A stretch of 14,380 nucleotides of DNA from the NCBI GenBank assembly GCA_030637655.1, contig DAOWGI010000112.1, positions 1 to 14,380 on the forward strand. The letters run 5' to 3'. Position numbers and translations under genes: made by a program. The first letter of the stretch is position 1, and each line of letters starts with the position of its first letter. Source of the DNA: a candidate division FCPU426 bacterium. Lineage in GTDB: Bacteria > Oederibacteriota > JAAXVQ01 > JAUVAV01. Shown here in pieces: positions 1 through 8,700 of this stretch. Under the pieces are notes generated by a model. That model ran no database searches. It saw only the letters and a program-made list of their open reading frames with translations, and was not told the origin of the DNA.

Positions 1-2
1 AG

Positions 3-1025
3 TATCTGCGCGAGTTTAAGTCTGCGCAAGAACAGAACGCGCGCCTGCCGCATATTGTTCCGGTATCCACGCCCAGCTATCAGGGCACGCATATGGACGG
101 TTTTCACGCAGCGGTTAAGTCTCTGGTAACTTACTTTGCCGCGCCGCTTCCACGAACGCAGCGCGTGGTCTTGTTTCCAAACATGGTTTCATCAGCAGAT
201 ATTCGTTATCTTAAAGAAATACTTTCTGATTTTAAACTGGACTACATCGTGCTGCCGGATTATTCCTGTACCTTAGACGGAGGGCCTTGGGATGGGTATC
301 AAAAGATACCGTCGGGAGGAACCTCGGTGGAGGATTTGGCAAAATTGGGTGGTTTTGCCTCTGCGATTGAGCTGGGACGAAGTCCGGCCGGCCAGGAGAG
401 CGCCGGCGCATATCTGGAACATAAATTTACGCTTAAACGCTACACTACCGGTTTGCCGATCGGCATCCGGGCCACTGACGAATTTATGCAAATTCTGGAA
501 ACAATAAGCCAACAAAGCCCGCCCCAAGCCATATTGGAGGAGCGCGGCCGGCTGCTCGACGCCTATGCGGACGCGCATAAGTATTTATTCGAAAAAAAAG
601 CCGTGGTCTTCGGCGAAGCGGACATGGTTGCCGCCCTGGCCGGTTTTCTTTTGGAAACCGGGGTAATCCCGGTTTTATGCGCGACCGGCTCCAACAACGG
701 AACCCTGAAAGCGGAATTGGAAAAACTGTCTTGCCAATCCGGCCGTTCTTTTGAAATCCGCGAGGGAGTGGATTTCGAAGAGATACAGGATATCAGCAGG
801 AAATTGAAGCCGGATTTTATGCTGGGTAACAGCAAAGGATATTCTTTAGCGCGTAAGCTGGGCATTCCGCTGGTAAGGGTGGGTTTTCCCATACATGACC
901 GGATTGGCGGACAGCGGATATTGCATCTCGGCTATCGGGGAACCCAGCAGCTTTTTGATAGGATCGCGAATACGATTATTGAAAACACACAAGCACAATC
1001 TACGGTTGGTTATACTTATATGTGA
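3..1025 (+). CDS. nifN: Nitrogenase FeMo-cofactor scaffold subunit NifN (nitrogenase component 1 family), 5'-partial
   Basis: The frame is open from base 3 (YLREFK...VPVSTPSYQGTHMDGF), so ATG 93 is internal. Motifs STPSY..THMDGF, RGRLLDAYADAHKY, GNSKG and RVGFPIHDRIGGQR..HLGYRG are present. The FPIHDR.GG motif and the position just before nifB favour NifN over NifK. Confidence 0.85.
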   Translation, partial: YLREFKSAQEQNARLPHIVPVSTPSYQGTHMDGFHAAVKSLVTYFAAPLPRTQRVVLFPNMVSSADIRYLKEILSDFKLDYIVLPDYSCTLDGGPWDGYQKIPSGGTSVEDLAKLGGFASAIELGRSPAGQESAGAYLEHKFTLKRYTTGLPIGIRATDEFMQILETISQQSPPQAILEERGRLLDAYADAHKYLFEKKAVVFGEADMVAALAGFLLETGVIPVLCATGSNNGTLKAELEKLSCQSGRSFEIREGVDFEEIQDISRKLKPDFMLGNSKGYSLARKLGIPLVRVGFPIHDRIGGQRILHLGYRGTQQLFDRIANTIIENTQAQSTVGYTYM

Positions 1026-1036
1026 GGAGCAATATT

Positions 1037-1927
1037 ATGAATACTCATCCCTGTTTTAATGCAGAGGCCCGGCATAAGTACGCCCGGGTGCATCTGCCCA
1101 TAGCCCGCGGCTGCAATATTCAGTGCCGTTTCTGTAACCGCAAATACAGTTGCGTCAATGAAAGCCGGCCCGGGGTGAGCAACGCGGTTATCTCTCCGGT
1201 CCAGGCTCTGGACTATTTTAACTCAATCAGCAAAATCATACCGGATATTTCCGTGGCAGGCATAGCCGGCCCGGGTGACGCCTTTGCCGCTCCGGAACTA
1301 ACCCTGGAGACCTTGAGACTTATACGGTCTAATTATCCGGAAATGTTGTTCTGTATTGCTACTAATGGTTTGAACATCATTCCTTATATACCGGAACTTA
1401 AATATTACGGCGCCACGCATATTACTATCACGATTAATGCGGTAGACCCCAGCATAGGGGAACGAGTCTACGCCTGGGTGCGCGATGGAGACGAAATTCA
1501 TCGGGGCTATGAGGCTGCGCGTTTACTGAGCTTGCGGCAACGGAAAGCTGTGGAGCGGCTTAAACAAGCAGGCTTCACGGTTAAAGTAAATTGCATACTG
1601 ATTCCCGGGGTCAATGATACGCATATCGAGGATGTGGCCCAAGAGGCCGGCCGGCTGGGAGCGGATATTTTTAACTGCATGCCCCTGATCCCAGTGGAGG
1701 GAACAGAGTTTGAGAATCTGGCACAGCCCTCCCCTAAACTGGTATTTGATATCAGACAAAAATGCGCTCAATACATAAAACAGATGTATCATTGCCAACG
1801 CTGCCGCGCGGACGCGGCCGGCCTGCTGCATGAAAACCGGAATGCTCAGATAAAAGAAATACTGGCCCGCATATCAGCGAAAACGCAGGAACCGGTAAAT
1901 AAGCCGGTAGGCCTGGTAACGCCGTAG
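1037..1927 (+). CDS. nifB: Nitrogenase cofactor biosynthesis radical SAM protein NifB, SAM domain only
   Basis: NifB fingerprints present: HPC, CNIQCRFC (Cx3Cx2C), ESRPG, AGPGD, TITIN, CQRCRADAAG. Start moved from GTG 1022 to ATG 1037 because GAGGAG lies at 1024-1029. No C-terminal NifX-like domain. Confidence 0.95.
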   Translation: MNTHPCFNAEARHKYARVHLPIARGCNIQCRFCNRKYSCVNESRPGVSNAVISPVQALDYFNSISKIIPDISVAGIAGPGDAFAAPELTLETLRLIRSNYPEMLFCIATNGLNIIPYIPELKYYGATHITITINAVDPSIGERVYAWVRDGDEIHRGYEAARLLSLRQRKAVERLKQAGFTVKVNCILIPGVNDTHIEDVAQEAGRLGADIFNCMPLIPVEGTEFENLAQPSPKLVFDIRQKCAQYIKQMYHCQRCRADAAGLLHENRNAQIKEILARISAKTQEPVNKPVGLVTP

Positions 1928-1950
1928 AGGCAAGGCATGCCTTGTCTGAC
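1924..1950. repeat. GTAG-type REP-like palindrome overlapping the nifB stop codon
   Basis: GTAGAGGCAAGGCATGCCTTGTCTGAC. Bases 1928-1947 are a 20-nt palindrome with one G-T mismatch, preceded by the GTAG tetranucleotide typical of RAYT-associated REPs. Confidence 0.6.
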
Positions 1951-1976
1951 TTATTCTGTGAAAGGAGCAAGAACGC

Positions 1977-2288
1977 ATGAGCATAAAAAAACCTAAATAC
2001 CATTTCTTTGTATGTTGCAGTTTCCGGGCCAATGGAGAACCTCAGGGAATTTGCCATAAAAAAGGCGCGGTTTCCCTGGTGCAATATCTGGAAAGTGAAC
2101 TCGCTGACCGGGGAATGACCGATGCCGTGGTCTCCGCTACCGGCTGTTTGAAAATGTGCGACCAAGGCCCGGTAATGCTGCTTTATCCGCAGGCACAGTG
2201 GTATGGAAACATAAATGAAGAAGCCATTGATGAAATCCTTGACGCCCTGGAAGAAGGGACCGTCGCGGAAAAACATCTTTTAATCTGA
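1977..2288 (+). CDS. Thioredoxin-like [2Fe-2S] ferredoxin, nif-associated
   Basis: 103 aa with Cys pattern FVCC...GIC...ATGCLKMCDQGPVMLLYP..WY. AAGGAG RBS upstream. Lies directly after nifB. Confidence 0.9.
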   Translation: MSIKKPKYHFFVCCSFRANGEPQGICHKKGAVSLVQYLESELADRGMTDAVVSATGCLKMCDQGPVMLLYPQAQWYGNINEEAIDEILDALEEGTVAEKHLLI

Positions 2289-2289
2289 C

Positions 2290-2769
2290 ATGGGGCAATA
2301 TCCGGATATTAATATTCGACCGGCTGTTTCAGCGGATATTGAGGATATGCTGGTTCTGTTAAAAGAGTTGTTTGCGATTGAAGAGGATTTTACATTTAAC
2401 GAACCACTTCAGCGGCAGGGTTTGGCCCTGCTGCTGGCCGGTAGGCAAAATTCTTGTGTACTGGTAGCGGAAACCAAGCGCCAAGTCGTCGGCATGTGTT
2501 CTTTGCAGACGATTATTTCAACTGCCGAAGGCGGCCGCGTTGGAATTGTTGAGGATGTGGTAGCGGCTCCGGCTTGGCGCGGCCGTGGCATCGGCTCCGG
2601 ATTATTGGAAGCTGTGGAAGAATGGGCCGGAAAGCATGGCCTGCGTCGGCTCCAACTACAGGCGGATAGCGGGAACCACCAGGCACTGAATTTTTATAAA
2701 AAACAAAACTGGACAAAAACCAGGCTGGTTTGTTGGCAAAAGAGACTGAAACATTCAAATTCGAGTTAA
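2290..2769 (+). CDS. GNAT family N-acetyltransferase
   Basis: Acetyl-CoA motif VEDVV...WRGRGIGSGLL and N..ALNFY.K. Starts 1 nt after the ferredoxin stop, so probably co-transcribed. Confidence 0.9.
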   Translation: MGQYPDINIRPAVSADIEDMLVLLKELFAIEEDFTFNEPLQRQGLALLLAGRQNSCVLVAETKRQVVGMCSLQTIISTAEGGRVGIVEDVVAAPAWRGRGIGSGLLEAVEEWAGKHGLRRLQLQADSGNHQALNFYKKQNWTKTRLVCWQKRLKHSNSS

Positions 2770-2836
2770 CTTGTTATTTTAATCATGTCCCCAAAGTTCA
2801 CGTCGCCAATAGTAGAAATATTCAAACGCAAGGACA

Positions 2837-2869
2837 TTGACATATAGTAGCGCTATATGCTAATATACT
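2837..2869 (+). promoter_or_regulatory. Putative sigma70 promoter with palindromic operator for the ATPase gene
   Basis: TTGACA at 2837-2842. Extended -10 candidate TGcTAATAT at 2858-2866, or TATACT at 2864-2869. Inverted repeat CATATAG-N5-CTATATG at 2841-2859. Confidence 0.5.
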
Positions 2870-2874
2870 TGCAT

Positions 2875-4011
2875 ATGGTAAACAGGACATTTTGGCTGAA
2901 TAAAATCGATAAGCTCTGGAAAAGCCGCTCAATTCTTTGGCTCTCCGGGGTCAGACGTGTAGGCAAGACCTGTCTATGTCAATCGCTACCGAATATTGAA
3001 TACTTTGATTGCGAGTTGCCCAGTGTTAGACGGCAATTAGAAGACCCGGAATCTTTCCTTGATTCACTCGCTGGTAAAAAACTCATCCTGGATGAAATAC
3101 ACCGGCTGCAGAATCCCGCCCAACTGCTTAAAATCGCCGCGGATCATTATCCTAAGGTTAAAATTATTGCTACCGGCTCTTCAACGCTGGGTGCTTCCAC
3201 CAAATTCAAAGATACTTTAGCCGGCAGAAAACATGAATTATGGTTAACACCTATGATCTCGCAGGATTTAAAAGATTTTCAGCAAACAGATTTAATCCAT
3301 CGCCTCCATCACGGCGGTCTTCCGCCCCTTATGCAACCATCCAAAATTAATGAAAAAGATTATCAGGAATGGATGGATGCTTATTGGGCCAAGGATATCC
3401 AGGAGCTCTTCCGGTTGGAACGGCGTTATTCTTTTCAAAAATTTGCAGAACTGCTTTTTACCCAAAGCAGCGGTTTATTCGAGGCTACCCGTTTCACTGC
3501 ACCCTGCGAAGTCAGCCGCGGAACTATCAGTAATTATTTGGCAATTTTAGAAGCAACATTTGTAGTTCATGTTATACGTCCCTTTACCCAACACCGGGCT
3601 GCAGAAATAGTCTCCGCGCCTAAAGTCTATGGTTTTGATACCGGTTTCATCAGTGTTTTTAATGGATGGCAAACTTTGCGTTCAACGGATCTGGGTGTAT
3701 TATGGAAACATTTCGTGTTAAATGAGATGCAAGCTCAATTACAAACCCGAAATATCCGTTATTGGAGGGATAAAAGAAAGCATGAAATTGATTTTGTGTT
3801 AGTTAAACCGCGCGATAATATTATCGCGATTGAATGCAAATGGTCGGTAGATTCATTTGATCCGGTTAATTTACTTAGTTTCCGCCATCAGTATCCCCGC
3901 GGCCAAAATTATGTGGTGGCCAAAAATATTTCCCGGTCTTTTGAAAAAAAACATAACGGAATTACTTTCCACTTTGTCGGATTAGAGACACTAATTAGAG
4001 AGCTGCTATAA
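2875..4011 (+). CDS. AAA+ ATPase, AAA_14 + DUF4143 type, with C-terminal PD-(D/E)XK-like motif
   Basis: Walker A GVRRVGKT, Walker B LILDEIH, TGSS...LAGR, GGLP, PKVY.FDTG and YWRD...EIDFV...AIECK. Start set at ATG 2875 (MVNR), since ATG 2857 falls inside the promoter candidate. Confidence 0.85.
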   Translation: MVNRTFWLNKIDKLWKSRSILWLSGVRRVGKTCLCQSLPNIEYFDCELPSVRRQLEDPESFLDSLAGKKLILDEIHRLQNPAQLLKIAADHYPKVKIIATGSSTLGASTKFKDTLAGRKHELWLTPMISQDLKDFQQTDLIHRLHHGGLPPLMQPSKINEKDYQEWMDAYWAKDIQELFRLERRYSFQKFAELLFTQSSGLFEATRFTAPCEVSRGTISNYLAILEATFVVHVIRPFTQHRAAEIVSAPKVYGFDTGFISVFNGWQTLRSTDLGVLWKHFVLNEMQAQLQTRNIRYWRDKRKHEIDFVLVKPRDNIIAIECKWSVDSFDPVNLLSFRHQYPRGQNYVVAKNISRSFEKKHNGITFHFVGLETLIRELL

Positions 4012-4087
4012 TCATTTATTCCCTGAACCAATACAGGTCTACGATGATAAATTGTAAACTTATATTGACATAACCCGCGCCCTCGGT

Positions 4088-4303
4088 TTGATAAGGTATC
4101 CATATCAGTTATGGTACTAAATAGTTCCTGTTGCGGAAAGACTGTTTTCTGAAAAGATTGTCATACCCGAATGATTTTGTCGGGTATCCAGTGACTTTTA
4201 AGCCTTTAAAAATCAAAGCCTCTGGATTCCCGCTACAACCACGCGGGAATGACAGCCAAACGGAACTTTTAGTACTGTAACTGATAGTTTACTTGATAAG
4301 GTA
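4088..4303. repeat. Nested MITE/REP-like element with outer inverted repeats, two inner inverted 33-nt hairpin units and flanking 11-bp direct repeats
   Basis: Direct repeat TTGATAAGGTA at 4088-4098 and 4293-4303. Outer imperfect IR at 4103-4128 / 4262-4286. Inner units 4159-4191 and 4222-4254 are inverted copies (25/33 identical) of TGTCATWCCCG..CGGGWATCCAG. Confidence 0.75.
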
Positions 4304-4310
4304 AAAATAT

Positions 4311-4343
4311 TTGACAAATCGAAGTGATTACAATATAATTACA
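4311..4343 (+). promoter_or_regulatory. Consensus sigma70 promoter of the mazEF-like operon with probable operator
   Basis: TTGACA (4311-4316), 17 nt spacer, TATAAT (4334-4339). Tandem GTGATTACA / ATAATTACA (4324-4332, 4335-4343) overlap the -10. Confidence 0.8.
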
Positions 4344-4379
4344 TAGGAAAGCATTGCAAGCGAAAGGAAATTCACTATC

Positions 4380-4616
4380 ATGCAATTGAATATTGTTCAA
4401 ATCGGGAATTCAAAAGGCATAAGGTTGCCGAAAAGCCTCATGCAGCAATGTCATATTAAAGATTCGGTTAATATTGAAGTAAAGGGAAATGAAATAATAT
4501 TGCGTCCTATTTTACAAAAACCTCGCAAGGGTTGGGCTAAGATGTTTTCCAAAGAAAAAAGCGAATTGGTTTTTGATGACAATATTGACTTGGATAATAA
4601 AGACTGGAAATGGTAA
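4380..4616 (+). CDS. mazE: AbrB/MazE/SpoVT family antitoxin
   Basis: IVQIGNSKGIRLPK AbrB signature, PRKGW motif, acidic tail ending in W. Overlaps the toxin by 7 nt. Confidence 0.9.
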   Translation: MQLNIVQIGNSKGIRLPKSLMQQCHIKDSVNIEVKGNEIILRPILQKPRKGWAKMFSKEKSELVFDDNIDLDNKDWKW

Positions 4617-4933
4617 TTTCTCAATACGAAATATATTTAATATCACTCGACCCAACTATTGGTCATGAAATGAAAAAAACCAGACCGTGTGTGGTTATAT
4701 CGCCGGATGACATGAATGAATATTTGGAAACGGTAATAATTGCGCCAATAACATCTAAAGAGAAGCATTATCCCACCCGGATTGAAATAAAACTTAAAAA
4801 TAGAAAATGTTGGATTGTAGCAGACCAGGTAAAAACCATTGACAGAAAACGTATAATCAAAAAAATGGGAATGCCGGCAAACAGTAAAATATTGAAATTG
4901 AAGTCACTACTCGAAGAAATGCTCGTGAAGTAG
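4610..4933 (+). CDS. mazF: PemK/MazF family endoribonuclease toxin
   Basis: LDPTIGHEMKKTRPCVVIS, IIAPITS and DQVKTIDRKR motifs. Follows an AbrB-type antitoxin. Confidence 0.92.
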   Translation: MVISQYEIYLISLDPTIGHEMKKTRPCVVISPDDMNEYLETVIIAPITSKEKHYPTRIEIKLKNRKCWIVADQVKTIDRKRIIKKMGMPANSKILKLKSLLEEMLVK

Positions 4934-5012
4934 TAATCCGAAAGATTATCCCGAGTTTTTCCAGAACCGGAAAGACCGGTTGGGTTGGAGGGTGGGGTGG
5001 CCGGCAGCCGGC

Positions 5013-5228
5013 TTATTCCTCCGAAACCTTATCAAATGCTTGCTTTATCAAAAAAATGATATCATCCAATTCATCAAATGAGGATATGCCGACTTCAACA
5101 TCGCCATTACCCCATCGGCCTTTATCCGTAACATCCTTACAAATGTTTTTAGGATCATTGATTTCAGCAAATTTCATATGAGGCGGATTATTTATCCGAA
5201 TCCCTGCTTCATACACCTTTGGGTTCAC
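5013..5228 (-). pseudogene. 5'-truncated DUF5655-like protein fragment
   Basis: MKFAEINDPKNICKDVTDKGRWGNGDVEV...LIKQAF (5177 downward) resembles the C-terminal half of DUF5655. The first ~17 residues do not resemble the family and no clear RBS is visible. Confidence 0.6.
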
Positions 5229-5248
5229 AATGACACCAATAACATTTT

Positions 5249-5623
5249 TTAACGGCTTAATAATTCCCTTGCCGTGTTTTTTAGATTTTTAATGAAATTA
5301 GTGGCCTCTTGTTTTGATCCGAAAGATTTCATGATATGAAATCCAATAATCGTCGTACCTATATAATATATTTTGTTATCATTATATATGAAAAACCTAG
5401 GGTCTAAAGTAGTACACATGCTGTAAAGACGAAGCCCCGTTTCTTTTTTATCGCCAAAATTATCTACCATCATATCAGAAATTACTTTTATAACTGCATT
5501 TAGATACTTGTCAGATACCTGATGTAATAATTCAATTTCATCATTTTTTTCAATAAAAATTAAATCATATAACAAATTGATTGCTTTTCTTTTTTCTAAT
5601 TTAATCTCATCCATCAGAGCCAC
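5249..5623 (-). CDS. Hypothetical protein, 124 aa, AT-rich
   Basis: Open 124-codon frame with AGGAAGG upstream of the GTG (alternative ATG at 5614). No recognisable motif. Confidence 0.6.
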   Translation of the reverse strand: MALMDEIKLEKRKAINLLYDLIFIEKNDEIELLHQVSDKYLNAVIKVISDMMVDNFGDKKETGLRLYSMCTTLDPRFFIYNDNKIYYIGTTIIGFHIMKSFGSKQEATNFIKNLKNTARELLSR

Positions 5624-5765
5624 ACCATCCTTCCTGTGTATTTTGACATCTTGTGGTAGCTATGCTATCAGGCGTCTCTTTGAATTCAAATTTGGTTCCT
5701 TCGCCTTGTGCAATAAGTTGCAAAATTATTATTTCTAATATGTCCCAGACTCCGAAAATAGCCGT
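5607..5765 (-). pseudogene. Fragment of an AlbA_2 (Schlafen-like) domain N-terminus, in frame behind the methyltransferase stop
   Basis: After TGA 5768-5766 the same frame reads TAIFGVWDILEIIILQLIAQGEGTKFEFKETPDSIATTRCQN... to TGA at 5609-5607. LIAQGEG..FEFKET (within 5673-5723) matches the usual AlbA_2 start, and similarity stops soon after. Confidence 0.55.
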
Positions 5766-8700
5766 TCAGACCACGTCAGGTAATCGCTGCATTTTTTGCA
5801 CTTTTTCGAGAACACCTTGTGTTTTCGTCAGATTGCGATAACGCCGACAGTACCACAACTCAACTTCTCTAATGGCCTCTTCTGAAAGACCGTATAACTG
5901 GTAAACCAGTTTATCGATCTCTTTCTGTTCGTGTAAAAAATAGGGATACTCTGGGTTGTTTTTTTGTTTTTCTGTAATAGATTCAACCAATTTTTCCAAC
6001 TTGTTTTTATTCATTTTTTCCGGATTAACAATAATCATTTTTTTTACATCTTCAATTTGTGCATGTACAGTATGGTTTAAAAAACATTTGACTATATATC
6101 TTCCGAAATGCGAACTAAGCAACCCAAGTAAAACTTTGTTTGACACCTGTGATGAAAACACAACTGAACCTTCAGTATCAAAAACACTGCGTGAACTTCT
6201 GCGGTAAGTTGGCGCATATATTCCAGTTCGTGAAAACGTTACTCCCTCTTGGAAGTAGTATTCGGAATTTTGAAACCTCGAGGCAATTTTGTTTTCATCA
6301 CCATTTTTAATTTTCTTTTCTTCGCCCTTGCGTCGTTTTACATCTGCAATAGTCACTATTTTTAACCGCTTCACGGCTTTCCTCGACCAGTCAATAAAAT
6401 ACTCCGTTGGGACGTAATAATTTGGTAACCAACCTTCTTCGATTTCACTTGCGCCACCTTTGTCATAAGGGACAAAGTACCTCCCATTGTATTTTGCCGG
6501 GTCTACGCCATTGATCTTTTCATCATCTGTGAGTCTGTAAATTTCCTGCTCCATCAAAAGTTTGCTTTCGTCAAGCGCCTGATATTGTCCATTCTCGCCA
6601 GGATGTTTACGCTTGCGTAAATAGTATTTATTATTACCGGTTTGAAGTCCCACTTTCACATCAGCTACATCATCCAGCTTTTCGAAATGTTGTTTGTCGC
6701 TCATCAGTCTATAGAGACGCGGCGAGCCAATGAAGAAAGAGTAATTCTCATATTCGGCAATAAGTTTCTGTTTATAAGTGTAGCGAGCATAGTCCGTTGT
6801 TTGTACATCCATAGTATGCGCGGAAACTGCATCCAAATTTTTCTCGAGCTGCTCCCAATTTCCATCTTCGATATTCCGCAAATCTCCTGCGATGAGCTTA
6901 TGTTCTCCAGAAGGCACGGAATTCTGGAGTGTTAAGATGCAGGTGTTAACTGTTGCATCAAAAATCCAGGAAGGCAAATCGAGAACATGCTTGACTGTTG
7001 TTTCTTTACACAATTTCTTGCGCAGAGGCAAATGACTTCTAATAGTCCTCCATGTATCTGAAACAATAAAAGTAAATTGTCCGCCAGAACATAGCAGTTG
7101 AAGTGCGCGGGCAATAAATAACCCATAAGGTTCTTTGGATTGCTTGCCTCCATTTTCTTCCGCAAAATATACCTTGCGCAATCTGTCCGCCTCTTTCTCT
7201 TCTGTGCCATAAGGCGGATTGGCGATAACCACGTCAAACCCCGCTGCGTCTTGGCGAGTAAAGACCTCTGCAAACTCAACCCGCCAGTCCAGACCTGGTA
7301 CTTGTTGGCCAGGATGAGCCCATTTAGCAATTTCATTGCGCAATTCTTTGATTTTTTCCTTACACACTTTTTTTTCTTCGCGATCATGAATTGTTTGGTA
7401 CTCTGATTTGAGCATGTCAAATTGTCTAATAATTTCCTGATGAAAACCCGGCTGCATGCCGCCGCTGGGATTCGGCGCTGTCAGGCTGTTTCCTTCTTCA
7501 ATTTTAAAATCAAGATTTGGCAGCGGGCGGGGATCATTGCCGGAATAGTCTACTTCCAAGGATAACCAGAATCGCAGACGCGCAATTTGCACGGCCTGCG
7601 GATCAATATCCACGCCATATAAATTTTTCTTGATAATGTCCAGTTTGCGATTGTAATCACTTTTGGGTGTAATTTTATCCGCCCAAGTGTCAAGCGCCCG
7701 CGATATCTCATGTAATTCATGCATCATTCCGACTAAATAAGCGCCCGATCCACAGGCTGGATCCACAATTTTGATATTTCCGAGTTTTTTTAGCAGATTT
7801 TTAGCCTCTATGACTGTAATACCTTTAACGTCGCGCTTATCCACCAAATCAGCGTAACCGCCAAGATGATTTTTCAGGGCTTCACGGCACATAAAACGCA
7901 CGACCGCATGGGGAGTATAATAAGTTCCGGTTTGATGTCGCTTAGTAATCAATCGTTCAAATACTTTACCCATCATTTCAGGATCAATGGCAACCTCTAT
8001 ATCCAGCGGAGTCGATTCTTCGATAGTAAAGTTATATCGATAGAATAAACCATCCTGACCAATGAGAGGTTCGAAAGCCTGATCTGGAATATCGATATCT
8101 CTAAACTTGAGATCGAGTTTATCTTTATAAAATAAGCCGCCGTTTAAAAAAGGAACCGAGCCAAAACGTTTGTCGGTCTTTTGTTTATTTTTTTCAGCCA
8201 GGGCTTCAAAAAATAGCGGACATAGCCGGTATTTGTAAAGAGATTGCTTTCCTGCCCCGCCGGCGTTATACAATGTTTTGAGATAAACCTGACTACCTTC
8301 AAAAGTAAGCCAGCCTTTGCGTTCGATAAACCGGATAAACATCAGGCGGTTGAATAACGTTTGAGTAAATGTATGTAATTCATCTTCATCTTTGTGATTT
8401 TTTTGTTGAGCGATAATTGATTGTACTGTTTCGAATACTTTTTCGTAATCATCGTAAAAGCGTTTATTCACTTTTTCCACGTCAAAAGCCTTTTGCCAGC
8501 TCAATAACCAGTTGTTTTCGTCAAGTTGTTGTTTAGGCCAAGCAAGTTCTTGAAGATTATATTCACAAAGTGTGCGAATCGGGTCACCTGGTCCCCATCC
8601 GAAAAAGGCGAGCGGCGCATTTGCACTGTCTTGTTTAGCTTTTTTGAAGTGGGCAAAACGATAATGTTGATAGTTGTAAGTACAAATAAACAAAAGCTTA

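Noticed and set aside
1010-1045. nifN/nifB as a frameshifted NifN-B fusion
   Set aside because: nifB has its own SD (GAGGAG) and ATG 11 nt after the nifN stop, which fits two normally coupled genes.
4608-4616. Same AAATGGTAR junction (KW*/MV) in mazEF and yefM-yoeB (12741-12749)
   Set aside because: Trp-stop overlapping ATG-GTA is an easy way to get translational coupling, so convergence explains it.
4964-5020. Second group II intron domain V/VI remnant (GAACCGG..CCGGTT..GGAGGG)
   Set aside because: The hairpin is far too short for domain V, and no convincing bulged-A stem or AY end was found.
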